From NCBI RefSeq assembly GCF_052425735.1, contig NC_135768.1, positions 6,882,001 to 6,946,000 on the forward strand: a DNA stretch of 64,000 nt. The letters run 5' to 3'. Positions 34,401-49,400 of the stretch are shown one piece after another (within the stretch, counting starts at the first letter, position 1; the number at the start of each line of letters is the position of its first letter). Made by a program: the position numbers and the translations under genes. This DNA comes from Oculina patagonica (lineage: Eukaryota). A model generated the notes under the pieces. It was not told the origin of the DNA. It ran no database searches and saw only the letters and a program-made list of their open reading frames with translations.

Positions 34401-37400
34401 GGAAAACGTACAGCTCGCTGAGAAATGCCTGAAGTTTTTCCTTGTCTGTAAAAGCTGTGGTGTTTAAATACTTCTCTCGAACAATTTTTATGACACTGTT
34501 CTGTTAATCAAGAGAACAATGGGTCAGGAAGCTAACATACTAAAAATAGAAAATCTCGTTTACTCCCGCAGCATGCTGACAGTTTCAGAGTTTTCATAGC
34601 TATTAAGTGTGCCCAAAGTAACGTGAAATGCATCACGCGTCATGTGATCTGCGTTGCGCGTTGTGTGAAACACGATGTGTGATATATGTTGGACGGTTTG
34701 TGTTCAGTTTTCAACAAGTTCCGAGGTCATCTTTAGAACGTTACAGCTTGAAGCTGGGAAGCATTTAGCGAACGAGGAGGTGGGGGAGGGGGGGGGGGGT
34801 AATTGAGGAGCAATTTAACAAAAATTTGAAAGTACAACTTTGAAATTTTTTTCACGAAATAGCGAATGCGTCTCACAATTCACGAAAACTATAGTGTACT
34901 TCTAAAGAGAGTGGTCTTATTTGTAGTGGAGGAAAGAAAGGATGAGAGAGAAAAGGGAAAATTTGGGTGGGGGGGGGTCAGAAAGGGCTGAAGTCTGCTT
35001 GGCGAATGATTTACAGTAGTATAAGATGCATTTGTAGCGAGAAATTTTGTCAAGGCAAGTCGTTTATCCACTCGTAACGTAAGCGTCATGTGTTTTACCT
35101 TCAGTTGCTCTTTGAATGCGAAGTATTTTCCAGATGTATTCAGCTCGTACAGAAACTTCTGCCTCCTGCACACAAAGACAACAAAAGTTAGTGAATAACC
35201 CAATTGACTACGGCATACATCCCTTAAACGACCCCGGGTCAGGTTGCACTGTACTTCGTAAGTTTAATGTTGAAGAAATAAGAATTGTACCTTTGATCCA
35301 TGGCATCGTTTGATTGTGGAAGGTCACCTTTCATTAAATCATCGCCGTACATTTGCCTGAAATATACAGAAGACTAATTAACTACGCGTGTTAATGCTAA
35401 ATACAACTCTTCTCTGTACACTGTAACTTCCAACATGTTTGTTTGTTTAATAGCTTTCAGAGGTCATAAAGATCCATAACAGCATTTAAATTGCACAAAA
35501 AGTTAACTGATCCTCGTTTACTCAGTCAAGATTACCTATGCGAGCTCATTTTCCCGAACAATGGCTGGAAATCTAGGCTATTGTTTTGCTTGTGTTTGTT
35601 TGTTTGTTGTTCGGTGAATAGGGAGGAGGGGAGATGTAAGAGATTTTCGCAGCATTCTGAGCACTCCAAAAATTGGTCACGTCAGAAATGACGGCGATCT
35701 GTCTTCTGCGGTCTTCTTCAGAGAATGGTGGTTTCGCGAGATTCACAGAATTCTAATAAGCTGGGACGTTAATGTTTGTTGCCCCCAAGGGAGGCAACCA
35801 GTGATGCGTAAACCCTTGGGAAGGGTGCCCTTTCATTCACGGAGTTTTTACCCCCCGGACAATTTTACTTTTTAGATTTGTTTAAACGTTTTTAAAATTT
35901 CTAAGTAGTGTTACGTTGTTAGGTAACGTCCCAGACGCGGGCCCAATTAATTCTAGGAGACTACCAAAAGGCACTTTAATCTCTCTACTACAGTGCGCAA
36001 CTCAACGGAATACAAGATTGACAGGAAATCCATCATAATCAACCTCATGAGGATTTGCCAATGATTACTGACCTGAATTCCTCAAGTAGGGAGTTTGCAA
36101 CTGTGGTCAACTGAGTGTGGAAATCTTCCACAGCCTGTAAAATAGAAGGTCAGTTAGACTTGCAGAATACATTTTTGTGTTCGAGTTCTCCTATCCCCCC
36201 CCCCCCCCCCCCCTCTTTAGACCTCCTTACCCTAACACCAATAGCCTTCGCATAATTTAATAATATAACTTCAATCCCTGTGCTCTCATCGAATTTCAAA
36301 ATTTTGATGAGTAAATGAGATTTCTCCTCCTTTTTAGGAAAATGTTTTTAACTCTCACATACTCAGCCCGTTTTACCGAGCGCTGAAGATAGCGGATACT
36401 TCATAAAACCCTCGTCTGAACTCTCACCGCCGTTAACCCTACTCGAGTCTCGTCCTCGTTTGATTTAGAGTTTACGTTAAGAACTACGCAAGCGAGGAAA
36501 CATCGTTGCATAAACATTTCTTCCCCAAATCGTTCCCTTGACACACAAATGGCGAAACATTTGGGTGGGAAGCGAAACGTTTCGGAAAAAAATAATCAGA
36601 AACATTTTTTCCTTGGAAACAAAGTTTACTTTCGCGAAAAACACTACACGTGAGCGCAAACAGGGAACATCGACGAAAATTTGTTTCGTCGGTTTGCGGG
36701 GTCCTGTAAGGCTATTTCAATTAGTAATTAAAGTTCAATATTTCGCCATTACCTTTTTGGACCCTCCTGTTTTGCGAGCAAATACAGGCCGTGGAGGGAT
36801 GTACTCAGCAACTCTACAAATACGAGTAAAAAAAAAAACGAATGAGTAAAATAAGTGTGACATCTGTCGATACAAAGATCACTTTCAAGGTTACAGTAGT
36901 AGAAGGTCCAAATGCCGACTAAAATACAAGTTCTCTTCACTTGTCTCCAGACATTTCTTGCAGTGTTACCGTGTAGTTAGGGAGAACTTGGTAAAATATC
37001 ACACAAAGACAATCTCCCGTTGAAGATCATTTTCTAATTTCTCAGAACCTGTTAGCTTGATTATGTATAGATCTAAAACGGTAAAATTAGAGCTGATTGC
37101 AATCATTATGAGGGCTCAAACGGTCTTAAACTGTTTTTTTTTTTTTTTGCTCGCCCGATACAATCTAGCGAACAAATCAAAGCTCGAACTAAAGCAAATA
37201 CAAAAAGCCAGCGCAAAGCGCAGGAAAACGTGTGAATTCGAGCCACGATTGGTTCTGTTTTTTTTACACAGCGTGAGCTTTCTAAAGCAAAGGCAAATGC
37301 GCATAACTTGTGACGCTCAAGTGAAACTCGCTCTAAATAAAAGCAGCTCTAATTTTTAATAACGTCAAGTTTCACCAACTTACTTTCTTGCAAGAGAGGA

Positions 37401-40400
37401 TGGCGGCCTCTTTGGTACCAGTGGCTTGTCGAGGACAAACTCTAACGTAATAAACGTTCGGGATTCAAGGTATTGCTGCGAAAAAGAAGGACAAAAATTG
37501 ACCAAAATGATCGTTATTTGAAATGATCTATCATAACGAGTTTACGAAGCCAATCATTCTTGTGAACTGCGAGTGAAAAAAAAAGGAAAGAGATATTCTC
37601 AGTTATATACATGTACATGTATATCTGAAAAGAACTTAAGGACGTTCGCACGAGAATCTTCCAACATTGCAATTTTTTGGTCACCGAATTCGTTTTCGAG
37701 ATACGATATCTGAAAGAAGGCGCTTATTTGGATAAATTTGACTTCGTCACTCGATATGACCACTGCGGCTTCTGGCAACAAAATATTTTAAATAAACTGA
37801 TGCAGGCCAACTTCCTTTGTCCCAATTTATTTGAATGGGTCTATTGAACAAATATACTTTCAAAGTCCCTTAGAGTAAACCTTGTCTTTAACAACTGAAT
37901 TTGCAAACGTTCAAAACAGCAAAATGCTGCAAAATTTGACTGATTCGATCACGCGCGGGAAGAAAAAAAAAGAAAAAATAATAAACTTTTTCTTTTTTTT
38001 TTCTTTTTTTTTTTAATACACGGTAAAAATCATCAGGTAAATACTAGTAATTACAGGCGCTTAAACTTCTAACATTCGAATTTGGCTCATTTTTTGTCAA
38101 TCGGTAGAGATTTATCCCGTAAAAAATGGGGGTCACCGACCGTTTAAGAGAGGAAACTGCAAGCGAAGTTAACCAACGGCTACTCACCCTATATGTGTTA
38201 GGAAAGATTTCTCAGCGCAACATTCTGTCAAAAAAAAAATTAGCTTGTGATACCATTTACTTATTGCATGTACATGAAATGCCCACCTGTCCTTCAAGAT
38301 TCCTGGCTTCGTGGGATTCACCTTCTGGTAAGACATCAGGTTTGAGGACAGCACCTGAGGGCTAAACGATATAATAACCTTATATTAACTTAATTTAACG
38401 ATTTCATCAAAACCAAGTAATAGAATCAGGGCTCACCAAAACCCCTGTCCGGTCGTCCGGGACAAGTAGATTTTCCTGTTGGGCAAGTGACTTCTCATGC
38501 TCACTTGCCCGACGGGCAAGGGCCCAGGCAAACCATCAATTAACTTAATTTCCATAACAACGATTTTGAAACAAAGCAGTACATATAAATGAACTTTTAC
38601 AAAAACTAAAGGAAGCTTAAATAAACACGCAGGCTACTTTGAACAAGGCTTCTTGACAGTGATAAATTTACCGTTTGCAAGCCTTTAAGACCCTTTATTT
38701 TGGTTTTTATTTTCCATAGAATCAGCCACCCAAAAAAATAAGTCAATTAAACAACAATTATAATGCCCAGCATCAAAAACTGTTCCAATCAAAGATTTGA
38801 TTCAAAATGGTTCTCAATGGTTTTCGGATTTGTTGAAATTTGTTGCCAATGTCTCAAAACGCATTCCAAATGTTTTGCAACGGTTTTGAAATAATTTTCA
38901 ACAGAATTTTCATTTCATCGAAGAGGTCATTGAAATGCGTTGTCAATCTTCCAAAACGCATTGACAATTTCATAATGCAATCTCAATGTTTGAAAATGCA
39001 TTGAAACATGAAATGGTATAATGGTCCTTTCCTTTAAGGGTCGTTTTCACAAATAGGGTCACAATTTCCCTGGTGTTCCCTGGGGGGTTCATGAATTATT
39101 AATAAGTTTAAGAACCTGGGCAAGGGGGAAAAGTGTCCAGGCAAGCAATATTTGAGAGTTACTTGCCCCATGGGCAAGCGGGAATTCAAGTTTTTGTCGA
39201 GCCCTGAGAATGAACATTGTTGGAGATCCATGGCCTCCGAAGATGCTGAATAGCAAGCTATTACAAGTTCAGTATTCAATGTATCATACCGTATTTTTCA
39301 AATAAACAGCAGAGGCGCTAATTTAAATTTTGACCTTGAAGACCCTACACTTACATGTACTTGCACCCGGCATTAATTACTTTCATCACATTCGACAATT
39401 TCATGTTTGCTGATTACATCACGGCGATCAGTCCAAACTTAACAAAACTTCAACAACTAAGGTGACAAAGGTTTTTGTTCGTAACATTACGGAGTTATTT
39501 GTTCATGAACCTTAATCAGTACACTCAGTGGTCGCAGTGAGAATCAGTCACATACATTTAATCGAGTAAATACGGTATATATCATTTTTCGCTTTTCGTC
39601 TTTAGAAATACAACAATATCCATACCTTTGATTTGGCATCTGCCTTGCCTTGTTTAGAAGGCGGAGGAGCTTTCTGAGCCATGGCTGAGGCGAGAGTACG
39701 GCTCATTCCACTAGCCACTCTAGCAGCCTCCTCTGCTAATGTGCCTTTCCGTTTGGTTTTCTCGTAAACTTCATTCTCGATAAAAGGCTTTACTAAATAC
39801 GCACCTCTTATCCTACGGATGAAGTACAGTGTAATAACATCAGGGAGAAAGAAATTTTCTAAACAAACAAACAGCTTTATGTTGTTTTCTCTGAGGTTTA
39901 GCAAATTGAAACCAAGTCACAGTGTGGAACAGGGAACTGTTAATGCTGAGTTAATTTATCTTGGATTATCTTGGAGTTCTGCTTTCTGAATGGCTGAGCA
40001 GTTTAGAGAGCCAACACAAACTTAGGCAGATACTTATTTGTTGTCAATAAGCTGTACGTGCAGAACTTTGCTTTTTGATTTTCTGAAACATTCAGAAAAC
40101 AAACACAAAGACGTCGAAAAGATGTCCAAAGTTAATTGGCAAAAAAAAACTAAAATAAAGAATAAAAGAATAAAAACTAACAAAACTATGTCAAAGTGGC
40201 GAGTGGTAAAGAGTGGCAGGTTTTCAAACGCCTGTAGCAGATAAATTAGAGAAAGTCGCTTTTTAGTATGATAACTTCAGACCCATACCTTTTTACTCCA
40301 GGGTAGAGTAAGGGCGCCATGTTGACATACGCTACTCCGTGGAATGATATAGGGATGTCTTCCTCTACCGAGCCTTGTTTTCCTTTAGCCTTAGTGGCCT

Positions 40401-43400
40401 GTTGAACTGGTGTCCTCATTATTTCTACAGGCCAGAAACGATTCTGTGCGATCTTATTCTGCAAACTGGAGAAACAAATATATAAAGGTTTCAGTTAGGC
40501 AAGGCTGCAAATAACAGTCGGTCATCGGACATTGGCCGACCAAAATTTGCTCATGTCCGACGAAATCCCAAGTGTGGTTGGACATGATGTCCGGACAATT
40601 TTTTGACGGTATATCATTTAACGGAAACAATGAATAAAATTAAACCTTTTGTTTTTAGTGATGTCCGACCAGAATTTTGTTTTGTCCGACCATAATGGTG
40701 TTTTAATAGGACATATGTCCTTTCAAGTGAAAAAAAATTATTTGCAGCCCTGGTTAGGTGGAGATAAAAAGGGCTGGTCATTGTCGTAATGTTAAGGCTG
40801 GTCAAAAGGAGGCGCAAGTAGACGCAACTTGCAAACAAACGAAAGAACGCACGCACGTACGCACGCACGGACGGACGGACACGAACGAACGGACGTACGG
40901 AAGGAAGGACGAACGGAAACGGACGGACGCAAAGCCGGACAGAAAAGAGAGAGAACAGAGAGATATAAGGAAAATTTCACCTTTCAGCCGCCTCTGCACT
41001 TATAAAACACCGTCTTTCCGCATTCCAAGTCACGTGATTCTTATCATTAATAGCTTCATGGCGGAATGCGACATCTTCTTTGTCTCTGAGATCGCCATCT
41101 TCATCTTCAAACGGCGTGTCTTCGATGGCACTGAAAGAAAAGAAAGGTCCGATTTGTCATTTGTTACTTTTCCCATAGCAGTAAACAAGAGCACTGTGTG
41201 TTATTCAGAGCTTCAAAATGAAATTATTGATTACCGTATTTATTCGATTAAGCGCCCAACCTCGAATAAGCGCTCACCTCGAATAAGCGCCCACCCTGAA
41301 GGTAGGAAAAGTTAATAAGCGCCCAGCCTCGATTAAGCGCCCACCCGCACCCCACCAAGAAGGTGAACTACTAAGAGAATTCCCCGAAGACCGAGTTTAT
41401 TTAGTATTTTACAGACACTTTCAATGAACAGTTGAAATTTTGCTTTGGTACACCTTCACGTTTTTATTGTTTTGTTACAAAATAAAATTACTACTTGCTG
41501 AAAATAGTGAAGATTTAATAAGCGCCCAGCCTCGAATAAGCGCCCACTCTCAAGGTCCAAAAATTTAATAAGCGCCCAGGGCGCTTAATCGAATAAATAC
41601 GGTATGTGCGGATTACCGATTCTGAAACGATTCGCAAAGTGACGGCTTAAAGTAACAACAAGTAAGATTACTTTGCGTTCACAGGCTACTCGAGATCTTC
41701 TGACCCAGCAAAAATCATCATGCAGTGTTCTATGGGAGGGGTAGCGTGAGAAGAATTACTTGGCAAAAGAACAGGACTGGGAAGACTAAACACAAAATTA
41801 GTGAAGGAATGGACAGTCCTAGAGGACGCTTTCTCTCAGAGGGTGGTCAAAGACAGGAAAACGTGGAGTGACCTGGTTGTGGCGTTGTTTGTGGTGCCTC
41901 CAACGACACCCCCTCTCCCCCCAGATTATATGACAAAAAGTGAGGAGTTGATTGTGAAATTTAAGCCTGCTGAACAGGCATTTTGCGAGGGAAAACGCGA
42001 AGCAAGAACACAAGCCCGAGGGGAACCCGAGAGGAACAAGAGACGAAAAATTCAACTCGCGCCCTGCACGCACTCGACCTCGCGCCCGTTTTCGCGCCCT
42101 GCGCTCTGCCCCCGCTAAGTTAAGCCGCCTGTTCTGAAGCAAAAAAGCATAAAAATGCAAAAAAAAAAAAAAAAACTTTTTACTCTAAAACCTTTTAACT
42201 CTGTTACCTATCAGCAATGTACAGGCAGGAACCAGATGCACTCGGAGCAGCCGACCATTTTCGTTGATTCATAGTTTCCTGGTAAGTAAAGACAAGCCGC
42301 ATTGGTAATAATTCTAAAACGTTCAGTGTTAGAAAACAGGGCCCACTGGACCAGTAGTTGTTCAAACGACAATTAACGTTAATCTGCGTGGTTATAAGGC
42401 TAAGCTTAGTAAGGTTTTAAACGTATACTTTTTTCTTTTTTTTTTTTTACGTGTCTGTAAAGTAAAATCCCGATTTCTCTAACCTCCAGGAAAAACAAAA
42501 ATTGGTTTAAGAAATCAGGGGTTTAATTAAAGAGAAGTAGATGTACTATTAAAGGGAATCAAAAATTGGTTCTAGAAATCGGGCTTTTCGAGAAACCGAG
42601 GGTTCGATAAAACGGGATTCTACTGTATTTTCACATCAAATTATACTTTAGTCTAAAAATTCGCTCTTTAGCTGATAATATAAGAAACAGAAATTGCTCG
42701 TTAAGCCGCGGAAACATTGGCACCTCAATTAAACGAACCTCTATACAACAAACGATATTCTTCCCCCGAGTAACAGTAATATATATGAAAATAGTTCATG
42801 AAAACTAAATCTCGTTATAGCAGACATATTTGCCAGTCTCTTGGCCTTCCGTTATGTCAAAGTTACACTGTACGTCTTTACGACTTTCGCTTAAAATTAA
42901 TTTAAAAAAAAGAAACAAACAAACAACAACAAAAAAAAACAGCTCACCTTTTCGCCTGGAGCACGAAGCATGCCATTGGACAACACTATTGTATTCTCCT
43001 TCTGTAAAAGTGAGTATTGTAAAAATGTAGAATAAAATGATTCGTCGAATACTATTGAGCACACATACCGGCATTTGTGGTGAGGAAGTAGCCTAAAGAA
43101 AGAACGTCAAGGGTGTCGCGTTTTGGCCAAAACTTAGCCTTTAGAATCTTTCCAAGTTTGTCTTTTGTAATCCGTCTGTATCTTCCGCAATTATAATCAT
43201 CCTTGTTTATTTTTGGTTTATCGTTTATACTTCTTTGGTGCTTTGCTTTACAGTCATAGACTGAAATCTCTTATCTTATCAAATATGAAAACGTTTTAGT
43301 GTATGCTTTCTTTTCACACTTCACGTTCACCCCTAGCCTGCGTCGCAGACGAACAAAACCCCGTTGTTCGTCTGCGACGCAGGCTAGTTCACCCCACCAC

Positions 43401-46400
43401 CCCCCCCCCCCCCTCTGCCCCCACCTCCACTAACCCCTCTTTTGTTAAGTTAATAAAAGTAACGGTTTCTCGTATAAAGCATAAATACCAGTTTTTGTCA
43501 TGAAAATCTACAGTCAAGCAGATCTAGCAGTACCAACAGCACAGGGTTAGAGACCTCTGGGGCAGTGTTAAATGAGAATACATGTATATTATTACCAAAG
43601 CTTTATCTCACCTCACTGGAGACTGGCACGGGTAGGCTAGCAGTGTAGTTAAACTGCTGAGCCATTTGAATCTGCCAGGAGTCTGGTACAGAGAAGGCAC
43701 TATCCACGTGGACACTTAACAGATTACTGCCAATCAAGACAAAAACTTCCTTTGGAATTTCTTGCATATTATAGTGTATTAAATACACAGACTTACGATA
43801 TAATACAGATGGTATTATTATTCATTCAAAATATTTCTGTGTTTCTGATTGGCTTTCGATCCCCGGCTAATTCCAGCTATTCGGCTAGCGCCGACCAAAT
43901 TTGGAAGAAATTCCAATTATTGGCATGGATCGCAATCGTCCAATATCAAAAATTATTGGATCGCAACCTCGTTCCCAAGAACCGCTGATGTCACGCGACT
44001 GAACGGCTTTGCTGCCGAGGAGCAGGTTGAAAGCGCGAAAATGTCCGCTATATTTGAGCATTACGAAGAGGTAAAATTTAAAGTTATTAGAAGACAAGGA
44101 AAGTCAAAACACGGAAAAAGCAACGAAGGGGAGTTGATCGATTTTAAAAGTGTATCTTCAAGAGGAAAAGATCCCTGATCCAGCCACAGCGGAGGACTTG
44201 GAGCGGTTTTACGAAAATTCTACGTCGAAGTAAGCAAGAACGATGGAAACCTGTACTCGAAAACATCGCTTTGTGTCATCAGATTTAGCTTCAATAGACA
44301 CTCCAAGCAAGTGCTAATTAATATCGACATTATAAAGGACAAGAAATTTAATGAAGGTAACCGAGTTTTTGAAGTTTAAATCAAATTTAAAAGCGAACGT
44401 TGTGTACTTTGCTTACTGTCAAAACCCTATTAAATTAATTTTGTGCATTTGGAGCTCTGGAAATATTTTGAATGAATAATAAAACAATTATTGAATTCGG
44501 CTTTCGTATGATATGAAGAATTATGCAGATCTCGGAGGGTGTAACACCCTCCGAGATCTGCATAATTCATATCATACTCATACTCATACTCAGCCTCATC
44601 CAATAATTGCTAATTATTTGCGGTTTTCAGTGATATGCGAACTCTGAAATTCAATCCTCAACCAATGATTTATAAATGCTTTTTGCTGCCGTCAATCATC
44701 TTAGCGGACTTCTCGTGCAACAGAAGTTCACTTCAACCAGGTCAAAAGGTCAGGTCCATTTGTTGTGATTGGTAGATTTTGATCCATTTTGTTTGTGTTT
44801 CTATTTTTCATTGTTTTTTGGCTGTCACCATAATAATATAATTATGATTGACGGCAGCAAAAAAGCAATTGTTAGTTGGATTTTAAATTTCAGAATTTCC
44901 ATATCACTGAAAACTGCAATAAAGCATGGCAAGCCATTATTTACAGGTTACAAAGTCATGTACGTTACTGACTGCAGTTGTAACCGCTGGCTTTATAGGC
45001 TTGGACAAGTAAGTGGCTGGCAAAATTGTCAGTAAAATTCTCTTGATAGGCAAATTAGAAATTTTTTTCAAAATAGTACATAAAATTGAATTTTAAAAAA
45101 ATTATACTAACCTGTTATTCAGCTGTGTTTCTGTCAGAAGGGGCTGTGCTACGGACACTTGGACCTCAATTTCAGGCTAAAATATATAAAAAAAAAAACA
45201 ATTTAACACACCGTAAGCACAAATTGTACCTGAAAGCTAGACAAACCAACAAATAACAGAAGTCTAAGGTGCCTTCAGTCCTAAATTATGCTGGATTGAC
45301 ACCAAAGTTCTCTTTACTTTTTTTTACATGCTTTGTAATATTCCAATTGGGAGAGCATGGATTGCATGTACTTGTACAGACCATAACTGCATTGTACCCT
45401 ACATACCAGAACATGTTCTGTGGTGGCTGTTTCAGCTGGTACAGTGACTGGATGAACAAACTGCACAACACTGAACTTGGTTTCTCCTTTAAACAGAGAG
45501 TAGACATTAGCACGAACATGTCAGTCAGTGTCAGGTATTGACACTCCACTTTAAAAGTGTACATGTATGCCATTGTAGGGACTATGGCAGATCCAGAGAT
45601 TATCAAAAGCAAGGTAGGGAAGGGGGCAAAATAAAATGCTTGAAAGGGGAAAGGGTGCAGGGTGAAGTTAATTGGACCTCTTTCTTCTTGTTCCAAAAAG
45701 GGAGAGGGGACAAAACATTTTGCTGTCCTTTGGGCCTTATATTTTTTGTAAACAGGATGGGCACCTCAAGGCCCCTCAGTACTCCTCCCCAAGATCAACT
45801 GCTGACTTTAATAGATAGAATGGATGAGTAATTTATAAGTTAAACCCATTGTGTATGTCCTTACCACCACAAAAAGTACAAATAAAAAAAGGAACAAATG
45901 TGTCAACATTAATTTAAAGGAGCTACGCCACATACAGATAATCTTGAAAGCCAAACTATTTTTGAGGTTTCCTTCAACTTGAAAGTACACGTGGGTAACC
46001 AGAAAAATGACTTACACTCCTTCTTATAAAAGCGTGAACACTAAAAAATATGTCTGGAATGTTTGTGTTTAGCCAATCACACGCGAGAACTTCAGACCGC
46101 AGAAACCACAAACAGCAAATGGGTTTCCATCGGTCACGGAGCAACTTTAGTTCTTATTTTGTTTCAGGATACACGCTCTGTCTTTGAAGAATTTAAAGAA
46201 CTGCTATTCTTTCGTATCGTCGGCCACATCCAGAACATGGTTTCAGGGATTTTTGAAAGGAAAAAAAGGACGGTTTCTCTAGCGACGTTATACGACATGG
46301 TTCAGTGCATGCAGTATGTTGTAGACACGTCTAGACATAAGATGTAAACCCGATAAACCGAATATAAAATACAAAATTGTGGAGTTTTCGTTACTGATTG

Positions 46401-49400
46401 TAAATCTTTTCGGTAGAACAAGGGATTCGATTTATTTCGGCAAACGATTTCAACCCTTAGGCAATCAGAGGTTCCGTGATCGCAAGACTGCAAACTGCAA
46501 AGGCTCCAGAGGAAAATTATTCAAAATGTTGGCGTGATTGGTGCAAAGTAAACAGTAAACACCTCAATCGCTCAATCGTTTGATTTTCACTTTTCCTTCC
46601 CGCTATCGTTTCGCTGTTATCGAAGAAACAAACCTTCCTTCTAACAGTGTTTAGGTCTGCTACAATAGTTGGGGTGAGATAAAAACCGGAAAATGCAAGC
46701 TTACCTCAGTACAAATTGTAACTTGCCATCAGGCGAACGGTAACTGCAGATACGAATTCGTTACAATTTTTGAAAGTTGGCGGCAACTGGGGCAAATCGT
46801 AGCGTCGGGCGCATCGGTTTTTCAATTTTTTCTATAAAAAAATCACTCAAACCTATTCTTCAGTAGGGCAGTGAATGTTCTCAAAAAGGAAGGAATTACA
46901 ATTGGTATTTACTTGTAAATTGGAGCGAAACGAGAACCGAATATTGTTCCGTGACCGATGGAAACCCATTCGTTGTTTGTGGTTTCTGCGGTCTGAAGTT
47001 CTCGCATGTGATTGGTTAAAAGACAAAGAACATTCCAGACATATTTTAAGTGTTCACGCTTTAATAAGAAGCGGTGTAAATATATCGACACGGCTTCAAG
47101 TACTAAAAGCCTTACCATGAAGTAGGGGTAGCAAATCAATGCAGGATTGACCCAAAACATTTGTTTTCTCTTCTTTTCCTTTCTTGTCCTTAGGTAGCAC
47201 CTCTACAACAGTGACTGCAAGTGACAAAAATTAATACACACAAATTAATGTACCTTTTAAACTAAAAAATCAAATAGCAATGAGCTAGAGCAAACATAAG
47301 AAAAGCCTCCCAAATAACATAAGAGTCGAACCATTCTGTGCGACCACCTTGGGGCTCTCATGCCCAGAGGTGATTGGCAGCGGAACTACTTTAAATTTTC
47401 CAAAACACCAGTCACATTACTGCAGTTAGAAATTCTTAACTCTTTCTAGTCTTAGTATTAGCATTATGTTATGGTAAATGTGATCACGAAGTGTTGGCTT
47501 CTACAAATTACAATTGTACATGTAGGGCGTCCACTTACGAGAGCCTTAAAAAACAAAGGAAAATACCAGTTTGTAACTCCCGAAGATTGATTGTCTCAAT
47601 CACTTACAGTAGCAACCCTTCAAGTATTTTTTTTTTCTTAGTGGCCATCAATTTGGCCACCAACTGCCAAAGTTTGGTAGCCAGTGAAAAATTTTAGTCG
47701 CTAAATTAAGGGGGGTCCTTCTTAACTACCAATTTGCTGCTAAGAAAGATTTCTGACCGTCAAATTTTGGAAACCGAACCTCCTATGGATGAGATTTTTG
47801 CACAACTTAGTTCTATTGAAGAGTCCTTCAAAAGTTTCAAAACACGGCCATATTTGACAAGTCACGTGACCAGAATAGAAAAAACCCTAAAACTGAAAGG
47901 GCGTTTAGATATAAGAATTAAAATCAGCAGGGCTGCAAATAACAGTCGGTCATCGGACATTGGCCTACCAAAATTTGCTCATGTCCGACCAAATCCCAAG
48001 TGTGGTCGGACATGATGTCCAGACAATTTTTTGATGGTAAATCATTTTACGGCAACAATTAATAAAATTCAACCTTTTCTTTTTGGTGATGTCCGACCAC
48101 AATTTGTTTTGCCCGACCAAGATGGTGTCTTAGTAGGACATATGTCCTTTCAAGTGAAAAAAATTATTTGCAGCCATGAATCAGTGTCAACAGATAAAGA
48201 ATGTCCATGTGCTTAATGCTTCGTATGGTTTTTAGGAAATTCGCATTATTATTAAAGTTATGGCGTAATAAACTCACGTATTTTCAGACTTTCTTCAGTA
48301 GCGTTCTATTCTTACATGTAAATGGTAATTCCATACGAGGGATTATGAAGAAGGATATGTTATCTCTAATTCTTTGAAAAAAATCGGAACTTTACTTTTC
48401 TCTCAAACGTTTTAGGGATTTTAAATTCTAGCGCGCGGTTTGGGACTGGCACTAGTTACGTGCGCGCAATATCAATTTTTTCAATGCGGTCGTCCTCCCC
48501 ACCGAAAATTCACCGTTAAGCGTTGCCAAAGGCTCCAAAATAGCTTGCCACCAACCATCTTGACCAATTCCATAGCAACTGCTCTAGATCTGTAGTTAAG
48601 AAGGACCCCCCTTAAGCTCACGCTTCCAATCCTTCTTCTCAATTTTAGTCACCAGGCTGCAGTGTTTTCAAAACAAGCCAGCAATTGCCAGAGTTCTGCT
48701 GGCTACTTGATTATATGTCACCAGTTACTCTGGCCATAACAATCAGCTTGTGACAGTCGCCTACTCTTCTGGTTGCTGACGCCTACTTCAAAACATTTTG
48801 AAAACCCTGAGGCTGGCGACTTCCGTTCCAAATTGGTTGCCAGCTCCAAAATTTTAGTCACCAATGGCTACTAAAATGGTGGTTGTAACTAAAGCTGGTT
48901 GCTTACAAGGGTGCTCGCAAGGAAAGCTTCGACTCTAGTTACTTTAGAAAACCATAACTAACCTATTACAGGCTTATATGATATGGAATCCAAGGAAGAT
49001 GCATCTTCAAAAGTACAATCAAATGATGCATTGAAATTGTACTCTGTACTGTGGGTTTCTGTGTTGGCTTCAACTTTTGGTGATTCTCCAAGCAGATTTG
49101 CTCCAAACTCCAGCCTTACTAAGGAGTTTAGTGAATCACCTTTGGATCCTTTCTATAAATTAAAAATAATGTTTGCAATACAGTGAGTCAAGTAAGCAAC
49201 CCAATGATTATGTAGGATCACTAATGCAGAGAATGTTGGCTCTTTGCCATGAAAGGTTGTCTAATAATTCCAGACTGAAGACTGCAGAATTGCAGACTTC
49301 ACTCTGGTTAGCCTGATTACCGTACCCAAATTCGCAAGTAGCCAATCAGAAGCGTGATCTACTGTCCTGATATCCTACGATATCAAGTCACTGACCTGAT

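Noticed and set aside
40758-41315. 185-aa plus-strand ORF
   Set aside because: Composite of a microsatellite, the antisense of a CFAP70 exon and a MITE end.
45286-45696. 136-aa minus-strand ORF
   Set aside because: Intronic; the true exon 45407-45486 is in another frame and is bounded by splice sites.
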